Positions 28,978-38,429 of a DNA stretch of 64,000 nucleotides are shown piece after piece. The translations under genes and the position numbers were made by a program. Origin of the DNA: Proteobacteria bacterium UBA5122. Lineage in GTDB: Bacteria; Pseudomonadota; Gammaproteobacteria; Tenderiales; Tenderiaceae. The first letter of the stretch is position 1, and each line of letters opens with the position of its first letter. The stretch covers positions 389 to 64,388 of the forward strand of contig DHYU01000071.1 in NCBI GenBank assembly GCA_002415485.1, given 5' to 3'. The notes under the pieces are model-generated. The model was not told where the DNA came from. It did not search any database and saw only the letters and a list, made by a program, of their open reading frames with translations.

Positions 28978-29364
28978 CTATTGATTACGCATATGGTCGG
29001 CGGTCTGTTGCAGGGATTGCAACAGATGCCCTTTTAACAACTCATCGTCGAGTTGCATCTCGTCGATCGCCTGGGTCATGCACATCATCCACGCATCGCG
29101 CGCCGATGCATCCACTGCAAACGGCAGATGACGCATGCGCAAACGCGGATGGCCATACTCTTCGATATACAGCTGCGGACCACCCAACCAACCGGACAAA
29201 AACTTAAACAGCTTATCTGCCGATCCACTCAGATCGGCAGGGTGCATGACACGGATCGCCTGTGCCTCGGGCAAGGTATCCATCAGCTCGTAAAAACGCA
29301 GTACCAGTTTACGGATCGCGGCCTCGCCTCCGAGGCGCTGATAAGGTGTGATTTCAGGATTCAT
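28978..29364 (-). CDS. Group II truncated hemoglobin
   Basis: YQRLGGEAAIRKLVLRFYELM...HPADL...FLSGWLGGPQLY...GHPRLRMRHLPF. Confidence 0.85.
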   Translation of the reverse strand: MNPEITPYQRLGGEAAIRKLVLRFYELMDTLPEAQAIRVMHPADLSGSADKLFKFLSGWLGGPQLYIEEYGHPRLRMRHLPFAVDASARDAWMMCMTQAIDEMQLDDELLKGHLLQSLQQTADHMRNQ

Positions 29365-29372
29365 CGTGGTCC

Positions 29373-30161
29373 TTATTTAAACGCCGAATAAAACATACGT
29401 TGCATCTGCATCCACGAATCGACATCGGCATGACCATTGTACGCAAGTGGCAATTTAAATTTGGCCGCGACATCATCCGCCCCAGGGTTGGTGAAGCTGT
29501 GTTGCACACCACCGTAGGCCAGCAGCGTGTAATCGGCACCGGCGCCATTCATCTCATCCATAAATGCCTTCACCTGATCGGGGCCGACCATCGCATCGGC
29601 CGCGCCGTGGGCAACCAGAATCTTGGCCTTTACCTCGCCTTGTTTGGCTGGTGCGGCTGTCGCCAATGCGCCGTGAAAACTCACGACCGCATCCAGGTCC
29701 ACGCCTTCACGCGCCATCTGCAACACCACACTGCCACCGAAGCAATAACCGATGGCGGCGATGTTTTCACCGTCTGCCATGTCATGGCCATTGACCACAT
29801 CCATCGCTGCCAGGAAACGCGCCTTGCCTGCGGGCATGTTCTCCATCACTTCTTTGTAAAACTTGGTTGCCTCTTCCGGATGCTGGGCGAGCTTGCCATC
29901 GCCATACATATCCACTGCCAACGCCAGATAACCCAATTCCGCCAACTGCCGCGCGCGGTCACGCGCATATTCGTTGTGGCCCCACCATTCGTGCACCACC
30001 AACACCGCCGGACGTTTGCCTTCGATGGCATCATCCCACACCAGGTAACCCTTCAACGTGGTATCGCCTGCCTTGTAATCGACATTCTTCTCAACCAGCG
30101 CGGCCTGCGCCAAACCACACACGGACATCAACAACAAAAAAGGCAGCAGAATTTTTTTCAT
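29373..30161 (-). CDS. Dienelactone hydrolase family protein (secreted)
   Basis: Signal peptide MKKILLPFLLLMSVCGLAQA, VLVVHEWWG, nucleophile elbow GYCFGG, and HSF near the C-terminus. Confidence 0.85.
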   Translation of the reverse strand: MKKILLPFLLLMSVCGLAQAALVEKNVDYKAGDTTLKGYLVWDDAIEGKRPAVLVVHEWWGHNEYARDRARQLAELGYLALAVDMYGDGKLAQHPEEATKFYKEVMENMPAGKARFLAAMDVVNGHDMADGENIAAIGYCFGGSVVLQMAREGVDLDAVVSFHGALATAAPAKQGEVKAKILVAHGAADAMVGPDQVKAFMDEMNGAGADYTLLAYGGVQHSFTNPGADDVAAKFKLPLAYNGHADVDSWMQMQRMFYSAFK

Positions 30162-30240
30162 TTCAATCCCTCGACGTTGAAAGTTAAACATGGGCAACCT
30201 AACATCACACACTATAGTGACTAATCCCGAACTACGCAGC

Positions 30241-30510
30241 ATGAATGATCAAACAAACCCCTGGGGCGATCCGGAACTATTCAAACAATTGGCCGAGGCG
30301 CGCATGCCCTTTGGCAAATACGCCCACCGACGCCTGATCGATCTGCCCGAACCCTATGTGGTGTGGTACGCCAACAAGGGCTTTCCACCAGGAAAGCTAG
30401 GCCAGATGTTGGCCATCGTGCACGAGATCAAGATCAACGGCCTCGAATATTTGTTTGAGCCGCTGCGTCAAACCGACACCTCAGCACCGCGACGCCCCGG
30501 ACGGAAGTAA
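30241..30510 (+). CDS. DUF3820 family protein
   Basis: MPFGKYAHRRLIDLPEPYVVWYANKGFPPGKLGQML is the recalled DUF3820 core. Internal Met start chosen. Confidence 0.6.
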   Translation: MNDQTNPWGDPELFKQLAEARMPFGKYAHRRLIDLPEPYVVWYANKGFPPGKLGQMLAIVHEIKINGLEYLFEPLRQTDTSAPRRPGRK

Positions 30511-31340
30511 TTCTGATTTAGGTAATAGGCCTCGTCTTCGTTGGCCGCATCCCAACCCGGCACACCCAACAGCGGAAACGGCGACAAGGCCTTGGGCTGG
30601 CGAAAGGCGGGATCATGCTGTAGACGTTCGTACAACAGACGGTCCAGCTGCTGCCATTTCTGCGGCCAGCTCAATTGAAAATATGTGGCATCCACGTGTA
30701 TCAAAATACAGTTGGCCGTCATGCCCACGTATGGCGACAGACCCTTTTCATACACGGCGTGACCGAACACCACACACTCAAACTGACGCCCGAAGCTCTT
30801 GCGATGTTCGACGAACAATTCACGCCATTTAAAATCACGCACCAGTTCAAACAAAGACTCATCGCTACTCACCAATAGCGCTCCGCCTTCATCAAACAGC
30901 GACAACATATTTTCGAGCGGGGTGCGCCGCCCCAACTCCTGATTCTGCAAACGTGCCTGCGCGCGCGGGATATGCAGTGAATTGATCAAGGCCTTGCTGT
31001 GCGGAAACATGAACCAGGTCAGATACTGAAAATAGTCATGCCAGTTGTTGCGCCGCGTCTGCAACTCCCCGCTATGAAAAATGCGACTGACATACATCTC
31101 TTCAAAACAACTCGGTTTGGCTGCCTGCTCCACCAGCCTGATCGCATCGCCATTGAGATTCACCACCGGTCGTGGCCAGGCATCCAGTACTCGCTGCATG
31201 TCTTCCAGCTGCGGCCATTGTTCGAACGCGGCAAACTTCTGCACCAAGGGCTGTAGCGGAGAAAACAGGGCATGGCGCTCGGCAAAGTGCGGCGTCCAAT
31301 CGGGCAATTTGATACGTGGATCCATCAGTCCTTCATCCAA
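30468..31340 (-). CDS. DUF3025 domain protein
   Basis: RRNNWHDYFQYLTWFMFPHSKALINSLH resembles the DUF3025 signature. The start could be MDPRIK (31325). Confidence 0.55.
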   Translation of the reverse strand: MDEGLMDPRIKLPDWTPHFAERHALFSPLQPLVQKFAAFEQWPQLEDMQRVLDAWPRPVVNLNGDAIRLVEQAAKPSCFEEMYVSRIFHSGELQTRRNNWHDYFQYLTWFMFPHSKALINSLHIPRAQARLQNQELGRRTPLENMLSLFDEGGALLVSSDESLFELVRDFKWRELFVEHRKSFGRQFECVVFGHAVYEKGLSPYVGMTANCILIHVDATYFQLSWPQKWQQLDRLLYERLQHDPAFRQPKALSPFPLLGVPGWDAANEDEAYYLNQNYFRPGRRGAEVSV

Positions 31341-32020
31341 CTCAACAACAAACTATCGACATCGATGCTTTCATGCACGGCCTTGGGCGCCTTTATCCAC
31401 TTTGGCTCACCCACTTCCAGCACTACCTTGTTACCTTTGATCACCACACCTTCACCATCCTGCAACAACAGCACCTTGTGTCCTGAATGCAAGGCCAGCG
31501 CCTTCAATTCGCGCCGCTCCTGTTTTGCAGTGGCAGCATCTGGCTCATAGTGCGGGCTGATATGAAATGGCAAACGCGCCATGCCCCGATAATCTTCAAG
31601 CTTGACCCGTTCATCATCCGGGCATGTACTTGGGATCGATGCCGTGGCGATGGTGGGCGACAACAGGATGCTGCCTGCGGATTCAGCCACAATGATCCCG
31701 CCGCGCTGTTCAAACTCCGCCAACAAGGCAAACAAACCGACACGTTGTGCATAGGCCAGGAACTCAAAGGTATTGCCACCTGCCAGATACACCGCATCAG
31801 AGTGTTGAAAGATGACCGGCAGCCGTTTGCGATCCTGGTAATAACGCAGTGGCTGCAGGCGCGCGCGTATACCCTGATGGCGGAAATAAAGTTTGTGTTG
31901 TTTGGCCGAGGCCATGTCGTTCATCGAGGCGGGGATGATCGTCAGCGTATGTTTATCGCCCAGTTTTTTCAGGAGCGCCTGATCCAGCGCCGGCACTTCA
32001 CCACTATAGATAAATATCAT
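31325..32020 (-). CDS. Peptidase S51 / type 1 glutamine-amidotransferase-like protein
   Basis: AVYLAGGNTFEFL and IVAESAGSILLSP (nucleophile Ser context) fit the dipeptidase-E-like family. Confidence 0.65.
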   Translation of the reverse strand: MIFIYSGEVPALDQALLKKLGDKHTLTIIPASMNDMASAKQHKLYFRHQGIRARLQPLRYYQDRKRLPVIFQHSDAVYLAGGNTFEFLAYAQRVGLFALLAEFEQRGGIIVAESAGSILLSPTIATASIPSTCPDDERVKLEDYRGMARLPFHISPHYEPDAATAKQERRELKALALHSGHKVLLLQDGEGVVIKGNKVVLEVGEPKWIKAPKAVHESIDVDSLLLSWMKD

Positions 32021-32029
32021 CGTCGCTCA

Positions 32030-32482
32030 TCACATTAATGGTTGCGCGGATACCAACAAGGTCAGCTCACGCAATAACAATACCGAGGCTATCGCCGTCA
32101 TGCCCATGCCGATCATGCGCGCCTTCGGCCCCTTGATCACCTTGGCCGACACTGGCATCTTCAAGCCCTTCGGCGGCAGCCGCTGGCCCTGCACCACCAA
32201 CATGCCCAACCACAGGAACATCAGAATCGGCAGGCTACGCAACACACCAAACGCAATCGCCGCCACATAGGCCTTCTTTTGGTTCAGTGCATTCAGCGAT
32301 TCGGGGGAATGATCATAGGGCAACTGCATCAACATAAAGTCGATCACCGGCTCCAGCCACAACAGGATCAACAGATATAATCCCACCAGGATCAGCCAGC
32401 TCCTCAGCACGCGCGGATCGCCGTGTACAAATTCGTCTTTATCTTGCTTGCGTCGCATCTGTTTACCATCGGTTACTGACAA
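32030..32482 (-). CDS. Hypothetical membrane protein
   Basis: 150 aa with four hydrophobic segments; no recognised family. Confidence 0.45.
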   Translation of the reverse strand: MSVTDGKQMRRKQDKDEFVHGDPRVLRSWLILVGLYLLILLWLEPVIDFMLMQLPYDHSPESLNALNQKKAYVAAIAFGVLRSLPILMFLWLGMLVVQGQRLPPKGLKMPVSAKVIKGPKARMIGMGMTAIASVLLLRELTLLVSAQPLM

Positions 32483-32500
32483 CAGGCTGTCAGCAGTGAC

Positions 32501-33649
32501 ATGTTAAGGTTTGAAAAACACCCGGAGTCCCTCATGGAAGCACTCAAAGACAAATACCTGAGCCACGATTATTACCGCCAGTTGGCGCATGACATCAAAC
32601 AGGCCTACCCCGCGCTCAATGCCGGGAAATTCTATCACGATGCGGTCGCCGACCTGGACAGCCGCGAACTGATGGCTCGTATCCAGCACACCACCGGCAT
32701 CGTCCACCAACACCTGCCCCACGACTATCGCCAAGCTCTGAAGGTGCTCTATGCCGTCGGCGAGGTCATCCAGACCCGTCTTGGTGAACACAGCAACTCA
32801 GAACTGGGCTCGCTGTTTATCCACCACTACATCTCGCAATACGGGCAGCACGACTACGCGCGCTCGATCACCGCGCTGCGCGACCTGACCCACCTCTGCT
32901 CATCCGAATTCGCCATCCGTGACTACCTGCTGCTCGATTGTGAACGAACGCTTGGCCACATGAAGTCCTGGGTGGAAGATCAAAATGCACATATCCGCCG
33001 TCTCGCCTCCGAAGGCTGCCGCCCTCGCCTGCCGTGGGCCAAACAGGTGCCCGCGCTGATCAAACACCGCGGCGCCACCTGGTCGATCCTCGATGCGCTG
33101 AAACAGGACGACGCGCTCTACGTGCGCAAATCCGTTGCCAATCACATCAACGATATTTCCAAAGACCATGCCGACTGGCTGCCTAAACAACTCAAACACT
33201 GGGATAAACAACACAAGCACACCCAGTGGATCATCAAACACGGCTGCCGCACGCTGATCAAACGCGGCCATGCCCCCACACTGAAACTGCTCGGCTTCGG
33301 CAATGCCGATCACGTGCGTCTGACCAAACTCACGTTATCCGCGCCGTCGCTGCATATCGGCGACACACTCGCGTTCACGTTCAATCTGAGCTCCACGCAG
33401 CAACGCGGCCAGGCACAACCGCTGGTGATCGACTACAAGATTCACTACATGAAAAAATCAGGCGAACTCAAGGCCAAGGTCTTCAAACTCAAAACCGTGA
33501 ACCTCGCCGCGGGTGACAGCATTCAGCTCAGCAAACAACACCATTTCACGGACTACACCACACGCAAACACTATCCCGGACGCCACGAACTGGAGATCAC
33601 CGTCAACGGCATCAGCCTTGCGCGTAAACAGTTCGAACTATTGCACTGA
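32501..33649 (+). CDS. DNA alkylation repair protein (AlkD-like HEAT-repeat family)
   Basis: SEFAIRDYL...HIRRLASEGCRPRLPWA...YVRKSVANHINDISKDH is the typical DNA_alkylation family motif. The start may be MEALKDKY (32534). Confidence 0.75.
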   Translation: MLRFEKHPESLMEALKDKYLSHDYYRQLAHDIKQAYPALNAGKFYHDAVADLDSRELMARIQHTTGIVHQHLPHDYRQALKVLYAVGEVIQTRLGEHSNSELGSLFIHHYISQYGQHDYARSITALRDLTHLCSSEFAIRDYLLLDCERTLGHMKSWVEDQNAHIRRLASEGCRPRLPWAKQVPALIKHRGATWSILDALKQDDALYVRKSVANHINDISKDHADWLPKQLKHWDKQHKHTQWIIKHGCRTLIKRGHAPTLKLLGFGNADHVRLTKLTLSAPSLHIGDTLAFTFNLSSTQQRGQAQPLVIDYKIHYMKKSGELKAKVFKLKTVNLAAGDSIQLSKQHHFTDYTTRKHYPGRHELEITVNGISLARKQFELLH

Positions 33650-34057
33650 TGACGCGAACAGGGCGCGAATCTCCTCCACCCGTTCACGGTTCACACCAAA
33701 ATCGGAATACCCGGTGCGCGAGGCCGAACGCACATGGATCATCTTCGCCGCATCATCGAAGATGAACTCCACATCATCGACAAAGCGGAACACAAACGAC
33801 ATCTGCGTCACATGCAGGGCACCGGCAGACTCTGCCACCAACTCTACCCGCGGCATCGCCAGCAACACCTGTTTCAGGCGCGCCTGCGCAGCAGCCATCT
33901 CGCCCTGATACGCCAGCGGCGCAATCCGATGCTGCTCGGTCGTCGCCTGCGACGACACGCAGTTCGGCGACTCCGGACACGGTTTAAGCTCGGCCGCCAT
34001 CAACCACCCCGACAACAACATCCCAACGACTATCCATATCAATTTCATCCCTGACAC
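33638..34057 (-). CDS. DUF1499 domain protein
   Basis: Signal peptide, PCPESPNCVSS and FVDDVEF...HVRSASRTGYSDFGVNR motifs. Confidence 0.75.
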   Translation of the reverse strand: MSGMKLIWIVVGMLLSGWLMAAELKPCPESPNCVSSQATTEQHRIAPLAYQGEMAAAQARLKQVLLAMPRVELVAESAGALHVTQMSFVFRFVDDVEFIFDDAAKMIHVRSASRTGYSDFGVNRERVEEIRALFASSVQ

Positions 34058-34122
34058 CCTCCAACGAAAAAGGCCCGCACCATCATGGCCGGGCCTTTAG
34101 ACATACACAACTTAGCGTTCGT

Positions 34123-34428
34123 TCACGAACTTGCCAATACAGTTTCCTGTTCCGCATCACGCTTGAGACGCATCTCCAGCACAAAACACGCAAATGGAAT
34201 CATGCCCGCCAACACCACACCGATGGTGTACATCGGCGACCACATATAACGATTGCTCAGATTAACCGCCATATAAACATAGGCCATGAACAAAAAGCCG
34301 TGGGCCCAGCCCATCACCGTCACCGCCTCAGGGATGCCGAACTGATACTTGGCCGGCATCGCCACAAACAGCAGCAACAGGAAGGAAACGCCCTCCAGCA
34401 TGCTAACAATACGAAAACGATTCATCAT
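34123..34428 (-). CDS. DUF3817 membrane protein
   Basis: FRIVSMLEGVSFLLLLFVAMPAKY....GWAHGFLF. Internal Met start chosen. A paralog lies at 46049-46366. Confidence 0.75.
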   Translation of the reverse strand: MMNRFRIVSMLEGVSFLLLLFVAMPAKYQFGIPEAVTVMGWAHGFLFMAYVYMAVNLSNRYMWSPMYTIGVVLAGMIPFACFVLEMRLKRDAEQETVLASS

Positions 34429-34638
34429 AGTGAGACTCTCTGAATAACTTATCTTTTTTAATCTGGTACTACCCGCCCCTCCCCAGAGACGGACCGTCAT
34501 ATTAGCTTAATAATTCAGAGAATGCTAAAAAGGGCCGCAAGTGATTGTTTTTGAATGATGTCACACCATCACCAGAACCTCTTTGCCGCTATTTTCGTTT
34601 AGACTAATCACTAATCTGAACACCCATCGGGAGCCCAC

Positions 34639-35277
34639 ATGCACGGACCTTCACCCACCAACCCACATCCGATGCAGGGCTTCCCACAGGTCTGCTTCAT
34701 CAAAAACACGGTCAATAATCCCAACATCATCATTGGCGATTACACCTATTATGACGACCCGGACGACTCCGAGAACTTCGAGCGCAATGTGCTCTACCAC
34801 TTCCCGTTCATCGGCGACAAACTGATCATCGGCAAATTCTGCGCGATTGCACGCGGCGTAAAATTCATCATGAACGGCGCCAATCACAAGATGTCGGGCA
34901 TCTCGACCTACCCGTTTCAGATCTTTGGCAATGGCTGGGAAAGGGTCATGCCGGAACTCGGCGCGCTGCCTTACAAAGGCGACACCGTCATCGGCAATGA
35001 TGTGTGGATAGGATACGACGCGCTGATCATGCCCGGCATTAAGATCGGCGACGGCGCCATCATCTCATCGCGCGCCGTAGTCACCCGCGATGTAGCACCC
35101 TACAGCATCGTCGGCGGCAATCCGGCAGAGCTGATCAAATATCGCTTTGAACCTGATTCAATTCAGCGGCTGGTAGACATCGCCTGGTGGGATTGGCCGG
35201 TAGAAAAAATCAGCCAGCACTTGCCTTTGATCGTTTCTGCCAACATCGACGCCTTGCATACCGCAGCGATAGAGTAA
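34639..35277 (+). CDS. Xenobiotic/streptogramin-A O-acetyltransferase family (Vat/CatB-like hexapeptide)
   Basis: IIIGDYTYYDD...FERNVLYHFPFIGDKLIIGKFCAIA.GVKFIMNGANH...ISTYPF...GDTVIGNDVWIG is the Vat-type left-handed beta-helix acetyltransferase pattern. Confidence 0.85.
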   Translation: MHGPSPTNPHPMQGFPQVCFIKNTVNNPNIIIGDYTYYDDPDDSENFERNVLYHFPFIGDKLIIGKFCAIARGVKFIMNGANHKMSGISTYPFQIFGNGWERVMPELGALPYKGDTVIGNDVWIGYDALIMPGIKIGDGAIISSRAVVTRDVAPYSIVGGNPAELIKYRFEPDSIQRLVDIAWWDWPVEKISQHLPLIVSANIDALHTAAIE

Positions 35278-35336
35278 GATCCGCCCGCCACCATGCTTAA
35301 ACACATGAGGTCAGAACGCAGTCAACGCTGACTTGA

Positions 35337-36179
35337 CTAACGTTCGCGCAGCAGGCGTTTGATCTCATCCATATCGCGCTGAAGTTCGGCCAGGGACTTT
35401 TGCAGACTGGCCGTGTCGCCTTCGATCTTATGCTCCAGGCTTTCTTTGGCCTGCTCGATCTCGCCGTGCTGCACATCCTGCACCGCATTGACGATCACCG
35501 CCATGATCAGGTTCAACATGGTAAAAGTGGCGATCAAAATAAACGGCAGGAAGAACAACCAGGCATGCGGATAGACCTCCATCACCGGCCGCACGATGCC
35601 CATCGACCACGACTCCAGCGTCATCACCTGGAACAAGGTATAGGCACTCGCGCCCATGCTGCCAAACCATTCGGGAAACGCATCACCAAACAGATTGGTC
35701 GCCATCACCGCCGCGACATAAAAGATGATCACCAGGATCGCGCCGACCGAACCCAAACCGGGGATAGCCTTCAACATGCCGCCGACCACACGCCGCATCG
35801 ATGGCACCATCGTCAACAGGCGCAACACCCGCAGTACACGCAGCGCACGCAAGACCTCGAACGGGCCGGTGGCTGGCACCAGCGCAATCGCAACGACGAT
35901 AAAGTCGAACACGCTCCACGGGTCGCGGAAAAACCGCAGTCGATGCACCAGCAGCCGTAACACAATCTCGATGACAAAGATCGTCAGAATCACCTTGTCT
36001 ATCGCGAGCAGGGCACCACCGACAGCCGCCATCACACCATCATCGGTCTCCAGACCGAGGATCGCGGCGTTGATCAGGATCAGCGTAATGATGGTGCGCT
36101 GGAACCACTGCGCCTCAACAAATGCACGTAATTTCAAACGCCAAGGGGACCAGTGTTCAGTCGAGGAATAGGCAATCAT
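35337..36179 (-). CDS. Bacterial voltage-gated sodium channel (NaChBac/BacNaV family)
   Basis: Six TM segments, S4 with RALRVLRVLRLLTMVPSMRR, pore filter FQVMTLESWSMG, and a C-terminal coiled coil. Confidence 0.85.
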   Translation of the reverse strand: MIAYSSTEHWSPWRLKLRAFVEAQWFQRTIITLILINAAILGLETDDGVMAAVGGALLAIDKVILTIFVIEIVLRLLVHRLRFFRDPWSVFDFIVVAIALVPATGPFEVLRALRVLRVLRLLTMVPSMRRVVGGMLKAIPGLGSVGAILVIIFYVAAVMATNLFGDAFPEWFGSMGASAYTLFQVMTLESWSMGIVRPVMEVYPHAWLFFLPFILIATFTMLNLIMAVIVNAVQDVQHGEIEQAKESLEHKIEGDTASLQKSLAELQRDMDEIKRLLRER

Positions 36180-36273
36180 AAATCGTTTAAACCGAAGGGT
36201 TGTTAGTCAAAGAATATTCGCCCCATGTGATGGGGCCCAGGCATTTTAGTTCAACTCCGCACCGGATCGCAGT

Positions 36274-36302
36274 CAAAAAAAGAGCCCGCGCTTTGCGGGC
36301 TC
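36274..36302 (-). terminator. Rho-independent terminator of the protease gene
   Basis: GAGCCCGC-aaagc-GCGGGCTC followed by a T7 run on the minus strand, 27 nt after the stop. Confidence 0.8.
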
Positions 36303-36328
36303 GATAACTCACCATCTTGGCGAAACAA

Positions 36329-38131
36329 TTATTTGGTCACGCCCGGATCGGCCGCATCCTGACTACTGTCGTAACGCATGCCGTCCTTGATGATGTTGTA
36401 GATCGTCGTTGTGTACTGACCACCCGATGCCTGGCGCACGGTGTATTGCAGCTCGCCCTTGCGATTGGTCAGGCCGTTGAAGTAACTCAACAGGCGGCCA
36501 TTATGGAAGATCGCTGCAAAGACATGGGCATTGGTCACAATACGCCCACGGGCATCAACCACCGTGACGATCGCCTTCAGCCCGCGCTTACCCGACTCGT
36601 AACGAATCGCGCCCACATGCATCGGTGCCAAGGCCACACGCTCGATGGCCACGCTGCCGCTGGCGCTCAAACCACGACTATCGGTCGCAACGACCTGGAT
36701 GCTGTAACGCTGATCCGGCGTCAGGCTCGAGATGTCCAAAGCCAACGCATAACGGCCCTGGCCGATCTCACTAAAGCCGGTGCGCAGACCATCCAGGGTG
36801 CCGAGATTGATACTGCGTGCGTCGACGCCCGTCACCGCACCGCCAAGCTCATTGACCAGGGTCACGTTGAGCACGGCCTGGGTATCGACCTCGGTATAAC
36901 CGGCCTTGTCCAGGGCCAGACCCATGCGCAAGGCCGGATCTGGGTCGGCAATCGCGCCGACCACAGCCTGTGCATCCAACAACGGTTCGGCAATGCCATC
37001 CCTGTCGCCACTCATCACGATTCGCTCGCCCGAGGCAATCAAGGCAAAACGAATCGCGCCTTCAGCCGTCGCCCGCGTCAGGCTGGCCAGATTGGCCGCC
37101 ACGTACAGCGCTGCGCCACCTGCCACATGCGGGGCCGCCATGCTGGTGCCGCCATACGTGGCGTAGCGCTGGCCCGGCCAGGTCGACAGGATCGACACCC
37201 CCGGCGCCGTCATGTCCACGTCCACCCCGTAATTGGAGAAACTGGCAAAGCTGTCGTTGCCCGGATTCATCGCCGATACGGTGAACACGCTGTCGTAGGC
37301 TGCAGGCACCATAAAGGCCGCATCGGTGCTGCTGTTGCCGGCGGCGACCGCAATGAAACAACCGCTGGCGACAGTGCGCTCGAAGGCACGTCGAAATGCG
37401 TTATCCGTATCGCTACCACCACCGCCCAGGCTGAAGTTGGCGACATGGATCATGTCGGCATAGCTGGCAGCGTTAGTGTTATGACGGGTGATGTAATCCA
37501 GCGCCGCCATGATATCGAGCGACGAACCCAGACCCGAGCTGCTCAAGACCTTCAGCGCCACCACTTCCGCCTGCGGCGCCACACCGATCACACCGCTGCC
37601 GTTGGCCGAGGCCGCTACCGTACCTGCCACGTGCGTGCCGTGACCATGATCATCAAAGCCATTGGCCGTCGTAGGTGACTCGATGGTCACGAAGGTGCGC
37701 GACAGACCGACGTTCACGCGGCCGATCAGATCCGAGTGGTTGTAATCAACCCCGGTATCGACCACCGCGACCCGCGCCCCGGCACCGGTGGCACCTGCGG
37801 CATGGGCCCACTCGCCATCAACGCGGTCTATGCCCGTCGGCAGGGTATCGGCCACCAGGCGCACTTCAAATTCCGGCTCGATCGACTGCACCAGCGGGTG
37901 CTTCTCCAGCGCCGCCAGCGCCTGCGGACTCAAACGCGCCGCAAAGCCATTGAACACCGCCTGATAACGATGCATCGCCTGATGGCGCGCTGCCTGCTGT
38001 GCCGCCTCGGCCGCAGCCCCCGGCAGATCCTTAAACACCACCACATAACGCTCACTGGCCGTGGCCGACGCCATGCCAGCAAACCAAATCCCAACCGCCG
38101 CAATGATCGCGACCACGTTTCGCAACAACAT
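36329..38131 (-). CDS. Secreted subtilisin-like serine protease (peptidase S8)
   Basis: Catalytic triad contexts VAVVDTGVDYNHSDL, HGTHVAGTVAA and GTSMAAPHVAG. I9-like propeptide and signal peptide MLLRNVVAIIAAVGIWFAGMASA with a GGGAGAGG RBS. The 702-aa track ORF is an upstream read-through. Confidence 0.85.
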   Translation of the reverse strand: MLLRNVVAIIAAVGIWFAGMASATASERYVVVFKDLPGAAAEAAQQAARHQAMHRYQAVFNGFAARLSPQALAALEKHPLVQSIEPEFEVRLVADTLPTGIDRVDGEWAHAAGATGAGARVAVVDTGVDYNHSDLIGRVNVGLSRTFVTIESPTTANGFDDHGHGTHVAGTVAASANGSGVIGVAPQAEVVALKVLSSSGLGSSLDIMAALDYITRHNTNAASYADMIHVANFSLGGGGSDTDNAFRRAFERTVASGCFIAVAAGNSSTDAAFMVPAAYDSVFTVSAMNPGNDSFASFSNYGVDVDMTAPGVSILSTWPGQRYATYGGTSMAAPHVAGGAALYVAANLASLTRATAEGAIRFALIASGERIVMSGDRDGIAEPLLDAQAVVGAIADPDPALRMGLALDKAGYTEVDTQAVLNVTLVNELGGAVTGVDARSINLGTLDGLRTGFSEIGQGRYALALDISSLTPDQRYSIQVVATDSRGLSASGSVAIERVALAPMHVGAIRYESGKRGLKAIVTVVDARGRIVTNAHVFAAIFHNGRLLSYFNGLTNRKGELQYTVRQASGGQYTTTIYNIIKDGMRYDSSQDAADPGVTK

Positions 38132-38210
38132 GGGCCTCTCCCTATGTATTTGATTAAGCGGGCGCATTGTAACCGCCCGAGACTGATAATGGGCTGAACA
38201 GATGACAATC

Positions 38211-38239
38211 TTGCAATCACCCCGGTCAGTCCATAGAAT
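38211..38239 (+). promoter_or_regulatory. Sigma70-type promoter (TTGCAA-17 nt-TAGAAT)
   Basis: Near-consensus -35 and -10 hexamers with a 17-nt spacer, pointing into a non-coding stretch. Confidence 0.5.
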
Positions 38240-38244
38240 TTCCA

Positions 38245-38429
38245 GCGCGAGTGGGAAGCCGGCAACGCGAAGAGAGGCCGGCCATAGATGACCAGCGCAG
38301 AGCGAAGCGTGCAACGTGAAGAGTGGACACGTGGAGTGAGAGAAGTGGGCACGGGCCCCGCCCAAGAGACGAGAGAGGGACGGGGTCGCGTGCTTTTTAA
38401 TTTGCAAACCCTCGGCTGAGGGTTTTTTT
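38245..38429 (+). ncRNA. Candidate small RNA or cis-regulatory leader (about 185 nt) with tandem intrinsic terminators
   Basis: Starts after the promoter above. Purine-rich, with four GGA motifs. Hairpin 38349-38393 plus T5, then AAACCCTC-ggct-GAGGGTTT plus T7 (38406-38429). No plausible ORF. The downstream ATG is at 38447. Confidence 0.4.

Noticed and set aside
36317-37678. 453-aa plus-strand ORF opposite the S8 protease gene. Similar long antisense ORFs occur at 2393-3160, 3193-4050, 24339-25526, 26197-26970, 29400-30224, 38456-39124, 39946-40710, 41110-41892, 61146-61826 and 62330-63415.
   Set aside because: Their translations are Arg/His/Gln/Pro-rich low-complexity strings with no motifs. 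Each lies opposite a gene with clear family signatures. These are shadow ORFs typical of GC-rich DNA.
38245-38429. Assignment of the structured leader to a known riboswitch class (cobalamin, purine, c-di-GMP, TPP) or to 6S, RNase P or SRP RNA.
   Set aside because: I could not find the defining conserved boxes of any of these from memory. It is kept only as an unclassified candidate RNA.
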